Virus record (IMG/VR): IMGVR_UViG_3300017917_000332
Coordinates: 10,453 to 74,452 of that record
Strand: one strand, 5' to 3'
DNA from: a virus
DNA length: 64,000 nucleotides
Part shown: positions 57,398 through 64,000 of the stretch, piece after piece
How the letters are laid out: each line of letters opens with the position of its first letter
Numbering within the stretch: the first letter of the stretch is position 1
Notes under the pieces: generated by a model
The model's database searches: none
The model's input: the letters and a program-made list of their open reading frames with translations, nothing else
Told to the model about the DNA's origin: nothing
Program-made: the position numbers and the translations under genes

Positions 57398-60019
57398 ATG
57401 GCGTTAAATGTCTGGACTAAAACATCAGGGTATTCGTTTGGAACTTTCCAAGAACGTTTAACCTTTAATCAACAACTTCCTATAGATCCTGCAATTACTG
57501 GAGTTACTTTTGCAGTAATTTCTGGAAAACTACCTCCTGGTCTAAGAATCGACGGCTCAAGCATTGTAGGGTCTCCTTTTGAAGTAGCAAGATCAACTAC
57601 TTTTACATTCTGTATTAGAGCTAGTAAAAATAACGAAATATCAGATAGAACATTTTCAATCACAATTGAAGGTGAAGATATTCCAGAATTTATAACACCC
57701 GAAGGATTTTTAAATATCGATGATCCCGGTGAACTGTTTATCTTAGATAGTACATACGTAGATTATCAAATACAAGCTCTAGACACTGACACTGCCGCAG
57801 GTCAACGATTAAGCTATTTCATTGCCAAAGACGACGGACAGTTACCACCAGGACTAATCCTTACCGAAGATGGAAGAATTGTTGGTTTTGTACAACCAGC
57901 ACTATCAATTAGACCAGAAGACGGTAATGGAACGTTTGATAACAGTACCTACGATGCTGTTGCGTACGACTTTGCGTTTTTACCTACTAACGGTTACGAC
58001 AGCTACATTTATGATAGCGTGTTTTTTGATTTTGCATTACCAAGTACTAAACCAAGAAAACTAAACAGAACATACGAATTCAAAATAACTGTAACAGACG
58101 GTGACAGTTATACAAAAAGATCGTTTAAGATCTTTGTTGTAGGTGACGATTACTTCCGTGCTGACAACACAACATGGCAAACTGGTAACGCTATGTTTAA
58201 CGCAGACGTTACTTACATGCGAGCACCAATGTGGCTAACTCCTAGCTACTTAGGTCTGTACAGAGCAAACAACTACGTTACATTAATTTTAGATACTTAC
58301 GAAAAAGAAAACGTTATCTATAATCTTGAAACAGTTAATGCTGATTGTATTGCAACTACAAGAAGAATAGGACAGCCTGACAATATTCAAGGTAGCAATA
58401 CTTTAACAATTACACTAGCAACTACTAGACCAACTGTAGGACACTTCTTAACACTACAAGGTTTAGTTGACGGAGAAACACAAATTAACCGTGTTGACAA
58501 TGTTATTGATTTAGGCAATAACGAATACAGACTAACTCTTTACTACCCGTTACAGGCAGTAATACCAGATAACGTTACATTCTTAATTGGTACACTAAGT
58601 CAACTTCCAGACGGCATGCAGTTTGACGAAAACAATGCAGAAATTTTTGGCCGTGTACCCTACCAGCCTGCTATTACTAAGAGCTACAGATTTACAGTAA
58701 ATGCTACAAGACTTAGCGACAAAGGTGAAAAAGCCAGCACTCCTAAAATATTCACTGTTGATTTATTAGGTGAAGTTGACAGTGTTTTATCTTGGAATAC
58801 TCCATCCGATTTAGGAACTATTAATGCTAACTTTGTTTCAACATTAAGTGTTAAAGCCACAAGCACTGTTCCTAATGCTACACTCCTATACAGAGTAACT
58901 AGTGGCAGTTTACCACCTGGACTAAGTTTAGACCTTGACGGAGAAATTGTAGGTAAAGTTAATCAATACGGAAATCCAAGTTTAGGTATCCCCGGATTAA
59001 CTACATTTGACTTTCAAACAGGCGTAACCACATTTGATGGCGGCACAACTAGCGTTGATAGATTATATCAGTTTACTATTGAAGCTAGGGATCCGTTTGG
59101 TTACAGTGCAATTTCAAGAACATTTACAATAGCAATTGACACACCAAATCAGCTAGTCTACAGCAACATCAGAGTTAAGCCGTTCTTAAAACAAGAACAA
59201 AGAGCTCTCTGGAGAGAATTTATTGAAAACACATCTGTGTTTACTCCCGATAGTATCTACAGAGCCAACGATATAAACTTTGGCATACAGCGAGAGTTAG
59301 CTATGCTAGTCTATGCCGGTATTGAAACTAAAGAAGCGGCCGCGTATGTCAGTGCTATAGGGTTAAATCATAAAAAGAAACGATTTCATTTTGGAGAAGT
59401 AAAGAAAGCAGTTGCTTACATACCCGGAACAAAAACTGCGGTCTATGAAGTAATCTACGTAGAAATGTTAGACCCTCTTGAACCTAACGGAAAACGTTTA
59501 CCCAACAAATTAGAAAAATTAGGAAAACAGCCTAATAAAATTACTGCTGACACTAGCAATAGTTTCTGGAGTAGAAGTATCAGTGACTTGTCTATAGACG
59601 CTCCTAGTTCAGTAAGACCAGACAATATTATTACTGTTGACAGCAGAGGATATGAAGTTTCTAACCCTAACGTAACAGAATACTTCCCTAACAGTATTAG
59701 TAACTGGAGAGATCGTTTACGAAACTGGCAAGACGGGTCAGAGTCGTTTGAAACTGAAAGAAATTACTTACCCTTGTGGATGCGAAGCATTCAGCCAGGA
59801 ACTAAGCAAGAGCTTGATTTTAGACTAGCAGTTCCGCTTTGCTATTGCAAAGTTGGAACAGCAGATGACATCTTGCTAAACATTAAAAATTACATAAAAG
59901 TATCTGGATTTAAGTTTAATCAGCTTGATTACACAGCTGATAGATACATAATTGACTCTGTAGAGGGTCTAACACAAGATAAATATCTAGTATTCAGGAA
60001 TGATAGGATAACCATATGA
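57398..60019 (+). CDS. virion protein with putative Ig-like (cadherin/He_PIG-type) repeats
   Basis: Repeated G.LPPGL.L...G.I.G and F.I.A motifs; start ATG 57398. Confidence 0.75.
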   Translation: MALNVWTKTSGYSFGTFQERLTFNQQLPIDPAITGVTFAVISGKLPPGLRIDGSSIVGSPFEVARSTTFTFCIRASKNNEISDRTFSITIEGEDIPEFITPEGFLNIDDPGELFILDSTYVDYQIQALDTDTAAGQRLSYFIAKDDGQLPPGLILTEDGRIVGFVQPALSIRPEDGNGTFDNSTYDAVAYDFAFLPTNGYDSYIYDSVFFDFALPSTKPRKLNRTYEFKITVTDGDSYTKRSFKIFVVGDDYFRADNTTWQTGNAMFNADVTYMRAPMWLTPSYLGLYRANNYVTLILDTYEKENVIYNLETVNADCIATTRRIGQPDNIQGSNTLTITLATTRPTVGHFLTLQGLVDGETQINRVDNVIDLGNNEYRLTLYYPLQAVIPDNVTFLIGTLSQLPDGMQFDENNAEIFGRVPYQPAITKSYRFTVNATRLSDKGEKASTPKIFTVDLLGEVDSVLSWNTPSDLGTINANFVSTLSVKATSTVPNATLLYRVTSGSLPPGLSLDLDGEIVGKVNQYGNPSLGIPGLTTFDFQTGVTTFDGGTTSVDRLYQFTIEARDPFGYSAISRTFTIAIDTPNQLVYSNIRVKPFLKQEQRALWREFIENTSVFTPDSIYRANDINFGIQRELAMLVYAGIETKEAAAYVSAIGLNHKKKRFHFGEVKKAVAYIPGTKTAVYEVIYVEMLDPLEPNGKRLPNKLEKLGKQPNKITADTSNSFWSRSISDLSIDAPSSVRPDNIITVDSRGYEVSNPNVTEYFPNSISNWRDRLRNWQDGSESFETERNYLPLWMRSIQPGTKQELDFRLAVPLCYCKVGTADDILLNIKNYIKVSGFKFNQLDYTADRYIIDSVEGLTQDKYLVFRNDRITI

Positions 60020-62508
60020 GCAGCCAAATAAACTCTAACAACATTGACGCTACCTACCCAGTAGCAGGGCAAGATAACGACAGCCAAGGCTTTCGTGATA
60101 ACTTCTCTGCCATTAAAAACAACTTTACTTACACTAAGAGTGAAATTGAAGACCTACAAAGCAAGGTAGTTTTAAAGGCGGCTTTAACTGGCGGCAGTTT
60201 AAACAACGATATGGGAGGTAGCAATATCTCCAACGGAACTTATACTAACTTCCATGGCACATCATATGCTCAAACTGTTAACACTGCGGCAGATATTAAT
60301 ATTGAAAATGGATCCTTACAAGCATTTACCTTAAACAGTAACACTACATTTACATTTAAAAATTGGCCAGACTCTGGAACCTACGCAAACGTTAGAGTAC
60401 ATTTTGTCAACAACTCAACCCCAATTAACGTAGGCAGTAGCATTACTGTTGGAAAAAGATATACCATCAATGAAGTTGGAACAACTAACTTTATTTCTAT
60501 GGGTGCTGACCCAACTGTAACATTAACCGGCGGTATCACCGGAACTACCTTAACTGTTAGCGCAGTATCGGGTGGTACTATTACGGTTGGTACTTATATC
60601 TACGGTACTGGTGTTATTGCTGGCACACGAGTAAGTGGACTTATTACAGGCCAAGGCGGTACAGGAACATACCAAGTTGACGTAACTCATAGTTCCGCAG
60701 TTCCAAGCGGAACACCGATGACTGGTGTAACTTCGGGGGTTGTATTTACTGCTGATACACAAGGTTCAGGAACTGGTACAGTTAAACCATGGTTAGAAGC
60801 TGTACTTCAATCCGAAGGTGTTAGCGAAGTTATTCCTGACTCAGAATTTGATTTACCGTTACTATTGAATCCCAACGGTGCTAGCCAAGTAATCGAAGCA
60901 TGGACATGGACTGGAAGCAGTTCTAGAAAGATTTACGTAAACTATATTGGTAATTTAGATAATACAAACGGTTCTAATTTCAACACATTTAGAACAGGAT
61001 CTGTTATCCTTGACAATGATCAAGATTCTTCAAGTGTCGACACTGGTGCGTTACAAGTTGCTGGTGGCGCAGGTATTGGTAAAAATTTAAATGTTGGCGG
61101 TAACGTTGTTGTAACTGGTAACTTAACTGTCGCAGGAAACACAACATTAACAACATCATCAGTAACTATAAACGACATTGGTTCAATTACTAATGTTAAC
61201 ATTGATGCTCCTATTAACGGAGATAGCTTAAAATATAACAGCACAACTGAAGAGTGGTCAAATAACGTTGATTTAGTTGAGTATTGGGTCAGCGTTGGTA
61301 ACTTTGGAAACTTAACTCAGCAGGTATTTTATCTTGCAACTACACAAAACGGCTCAGGAACACCTCTAGCATATAGCGACGGTACACAATTTGGGTTAAA
61401 ATTCCAGCCAGGTAAAAAGTATCGTTTCTATCAAAGAAGTGGTGCAAACAACACCAACTATCCTTTAAGATTTTCAAGAACACCAGATACTATTACAACC
61501 TTAAACAACATCGGTGGTGGCACAGTTGTAGACTATACTGAAAATGTACAGTACGCCAAAGATGGTACTGGCGCAGTTATTCCTGCTGGTACAAACGGCG
61601 CATACGCTGAAATTTTAATTACAGAAAATACACCGAGTCCATTATATCTATACGCATTAATGACTGATGGTCCAAATACAACCAATGGTGCATTAATATA
61701 TCAAAACAACGGAAGCACAGGGGCTGGCGGAACAGAAACTGATAAAGTAGGTGCTCAATACCCAGTACAAGTTGGCAGTGGTCCTGTAAGAGTACTTGAT
61801 GATTACAGACCAATTGGTAGTCAAGATATTATGGTCGATACTACTGCTAAAGCCATTACTATTACTCTTCCAGCTAGTCCTTCACAAGGAACTGTTATTA
61901 ATATAGTCGATGCAGGTAATGCACAGACAAATAATATAACTATTGACTCTAACGGTTTAGAAATTAACGGTGTTATTCAAGATATTATTATAGCAGGTAA
62001 TCACGGTGCAGTTATGTTAGTATTCAACACTGTTGCATCAGGTTGGTCTGCTGTTAGAACTAGCTTTAACGGAACTGAAGATGTTGCACCTAATGCATCG
62101 ATTAACCTTAATACTGCTGTTAGTTACTTTGCAGTTAATGGTGCAGAATCAGCATCGTTAGCTAACGGTGTTGAAGGACAAGTTAAAACATTAATAATGC
62201 AAAGTGCGGCTGGATCTATGACTGTTTCTGTAGCCAGCGCAGGTTGGAGAACTAGTGGATCTGGTAGTATCAAGTTTGATGCTAACGGCGACAGCGTTAT
62301 TTTACAATTCATCCAAAACAAGTGGTATATTATTTCTAATAACGGATGCGAAATTGACAGCGTTCTTCCTGCACAGATCGTTGCGGCACCAGCTACAAAA
62401 ACTAGCCCAGGTGTTCCGGGTCAAATTGCATACACTGCCACAGAACTATACATCTGTACAGCAACCAATATTTGGGCAAGAGTAGCAATTAATCCAAACT
62501 GGCCATAA
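60016..62508 (+). CDS. virion structural/tail protein
   Basis: YPVAGQDNDSQGFRDNF N-terminus; GALQVAGGAGIGKNLNVGG; C-terminal G.PGQIAY....YIC...N.W.R. Confidence 0.72.
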   Translation: MSSQINSNNIDATYPVAGQDNDSQGFRDNFSAIKNNFTYTKSEIEDLQSKVVLKAALTGGSLNNDMGGSNISNGTYTNFHGTSYAQTVNTAADINIENGSLQAFTLNSNTTFTFKNWPDSGTYANVRVHFVNNSTPINVGSSITVGKRYTINEVGTTNFISMGADPTVTLTGGITGTTLTVSAVSGGTITVGTYIYGTGVIAGTRVSGLITGQGGTGTYQVDVTHSSAVPSGTPMTGVTSGVVFTADTQGSGTGTVKPWLEAVLQSEGVSEVIPDSEFDLPLLLNPNGASQVIEAWTWTGSSSRKIYVNYIGNLDNTNGSNFNTFRTGSVILDNDQDSSSVDTGALQVAGGAGIGKNLNVGGNVVVTGNLTVAGNTTLTTSSVTINDIGSITNVNIDAPINGDSLKYNSTTEEWSNNVDLVEYWVSVGNFGNLTQQVFYLATTQNGSGTPLAYSDGTQFGLKFQPGKKYRFYQRSGANNTNYPLRFSRTPDTITTLNNIGGGTVVDYTENVQYAKDGTGAVIPAGTNGAYAEILITENTPSPLYLYALMTDGPNTTNGALIYQNNGSTGAGGTETDKVGAQYPVQVGSGPVRVLDDYRPIGSQDIMVDTTAKAITITLPASPSQGTVINIVDAGNAQTNNITIDSNGLEINGVIQDIIIAGNHGAVMLVFNTVASGWSAVRTSFNGTEDVAPNASINLNTAVSYFAVNGAESASLANGVEGQVKTLIMQSAAGSMTVSVASAGWRTSGSGSIKFDANGDSVILQFIQNKWYIISNNGCEIDSVLPAQIVAAPATKTSPGVPGQIAYTATELYICTATNIWARVAINPNWP

Positions 62509-62509
62509 T

Positions 62510-62740
62510 ATGCATCCTTTAATACACGACTTAGACAATCTTAAGGATAGCGAGTTAGAAAACAGAATTAGTGATCTAACTCGCAAATACCTTTCTACAC
62601 ATAATTTCCAACTACAGCAACAACTTGTTATGGTATTGGACACTTATAAAGAAGAATTGGCTAAACGCCAGCGAGAAGCCTATACAAAAATGATGGAAAC
62701 TCGCAATAAAGATCTTGACAAACTAATTAAAGTCGACTAA
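62510..62740 (+). CDS. hypothetical coiled-coil protein
   Basis: Helical ORF directly after the tail gene. Confidence 0.7.
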   Translation: MHPLIHDLDNLKDSELENRISDLTRKYLSTHNFQLQQQLVMVLDTYKEELAKRQREAYTKMMETRNKDLDKLIKVD

Positions 62741-62743
62741 AAT
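62715..62743 (+). promoter_or_regulatory. sigma70-type promoter giving a nearly leaderless mRNA
   Basis: TTGACA-17-TAAAAT; ATG at 62751. Confidence 0.7.
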
Positions 62744-62750
62744 AGTCGAT

Positions 62751-63260
62751 ATGCGTCTAGACAAATATTCTAATCCCGTACTTAACGAAAAGGACTTATT
62801 TGATGCCCTGTATAAAGGGCACAAGTTTGATCCTAGCGACATTGTGTTTGTTGAAGAACGTAACTGGGAAATACTACAGTTTGAGGGCGCAACCAGTCTC
62901 CGTTTTAGCGAGCCAATAAACAGCCCAACACTTACTCCAGAACAACTAGATTTGGCATACCAAGAAACCTGGAATATGCCTGACGAATACAAGCAATTGG
63001 ACATTGAAGAGTTCCTAGTCAGTGTTTGTCCAAAAGAAAACTATCAGCGACTTGTAGAAGAATTGGATGCGTACAAAGCAAGAAACATGCTAGATTTGCT
63101 ACGCTGGTTAAAATATTTTGTAGATAATTGCTCAAAAAACAATATTGTATGGGGTTTAGGTCGAGGGTCTAGTGTAGCCAGCTATGTTTTATACTTAATA
63201 GGTGTACACAGTATTGACTCGATCAAATATAATTTAGACTGGCAAGAATTCCTGAGATAA
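62751..63260 (+). CDS. DNA polymerase III alpha (DnaE)-like fragment
   Basis: RL.EEL....Y.VD......WG.GRGSSVAS.VLYLIG...ID.IKY.L...FLR; only 169 aa. Confidence 0.85.
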   Translation: MRLDKYSNPVLNEKDLFDALYKGHKFDPSDIVFVEERNWEILQFEGATSLRFSEPINSPTLTPEQLDLAYQETWNMPDEYKQLDIEEFLVSVCPKENYQRLVEELDAYKARNMLDLLRWLKYFVDNCSKNNIVWGLGRGSSVASYVLYLIGVHSIDSIKYNLDWQEFLR

Positions 63261-63286
63261 GTAATTCATAATCCAAGGAGATTAAT

Positions 63287-63538
63287 ATGGCAATGAAAGA
63301 ACAACCAAAACAAGTTTACCGAAGTATGCAAGGTAAAGAAGTAGACATGCATAAGCTCGTCATGCAAAATGAAATGACTGTGGCTGTAGGCAACGTAAAA
63401 GTCAACGCACGAGGCGATGAACTTGGCCCAGGTGGCAAAATTATTCGTAAACGTGAAGACGTTCTAAGAGAAGCACCAGGAACTAAAACCGCTAATGTAA
63501 AAAATGTAGCTGATATGGATCCAGAGGGTAACGAATGA
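63287..63538 (+). CDS. hypothetical phage protein
   Basis: AGGAG Shine-Dalgarno; AVGN.KVNARGDELGPGG block; TAAGTA upstream. Confidence 0.75.
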   Translation: MAMKEQPKQVYRSMQGKEVDMHKLVMQNEMTVAVGNVKVNARGDELGPGGKIIRKREDVLREAPGTKTANVKNVADMDPEGNE

Positions 63539-63933
63539 AAGCAGTAGCAAGTAAAATTAAACCAATTCGCAAGCATATTCTTGTAAGAGACATGAACTTT
63601 GGTGAGCAGAAGACTGCCAGCGGTATTGTTTTACGCAGTGATGACGGAAAGTCAGAAGGTGTTAAGCCTCGCTGGGCAAAGGTGTTTGCTGTTGGCCCAG
63701 AACAAACTGATGTAAAGGTAGGCGAATGGATTTTACTCGAGCACGGTCGATGGACTCGAGGTGTTGAAGTTGAGGAAGACGACGGTACTAAATTTACTCT
63801 TTGGAGAGCTGATCCAGACGGCATCCTTGCATCAGCTGACGAAAAACCAAACGACCTCGAACTCGGTCAGTTTGCTACACCGACACACGGTTCGGTACAC
63901 AGTCCAGCAGACTTTATTCGTCCATCTTTATAA
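63535..63933 (+). CDS. groES: co-chaperonin GroES-like protein
   Basis: IKPI..HILV....EQKTASGIVL.....KP....V.AVGP...VKVGE. Confidence 0.85.
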   Translation: MKAVASKIKPIRKHILVRDMNFGEQKTASGIVLRSDDGKSEGVKPRWAKVFAVGPEQTDVKVGEWILLEHGRWTRGVEVEEDDGTKFTLWRADPDGILASADEKPNDLELGQFATPTHGSVHSPADFIRPSL

Positions 63934-63943
63934 TCTTTTGAGT

Positions 63944-63982
63944 AACAGGGCTATTGACAAGCCCTGTTCTCTCCTTTATACT
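63944..63982 (+). promoter_or_regulatory. hairpin/terminator overlapping a sigma70 promoter for the next gene (off-window)
   Basis: AACAGGGCT-ATTGACA-AGCCCTGTT; TTGACA 63954-63959, 17-nt spacer, TATACT 63977-63982; AGGAG at the window end. Confidence 0.75.
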
Positions 63983-64000
63983 TAGATAGTAAAAAGGAGA

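Overview
This 64 kb window is a fragment of a large (jumbo-type, T4-like myovirus) dsDNA bacteriophage genome. It is AT-rich, gene-dense and read with the standard genetic code. There are four zones. (1) 1-16.8 kb: a tightly packed, strand-alternating enzyme cluster that runs off the left edge. It holds 8 radical SAM proteins, 4 Fe(II)/2OG-type hydroxylases, a class III aminotransferase, an amidinotransferase, a kinase-like protein, a GNAT, an SDR, a QueC-like ATPase and a methyltransferase, and its divergent gene pairs carry short TAAATA/TAAGTA motifs. (2) 16864-16972: a tRNA-shaped RNA with a perfect sigma70 promoter, acceptor and T arms and encoded CCA, but a UUCG-capped arm where the anticodon should be. 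(3) 17-40 kb: host-takeover and metabolic genes, mostly + strand and preceded by sigma70 promoters: IF-1, a lipoprotein/SPFH cluster, two ClpP, DNA ligase, MazG-like, BI-1/YccA, a ninth radical SAM, QueD with a structured leader, UvsE, SOD and ErpA. (4) 40-62.5 kb: virion baseplate/tail genes including a 3909-aa protein, followed by a DnaE fragment and GroES. All product calls come from reading motifs by eye; no database searches were run.
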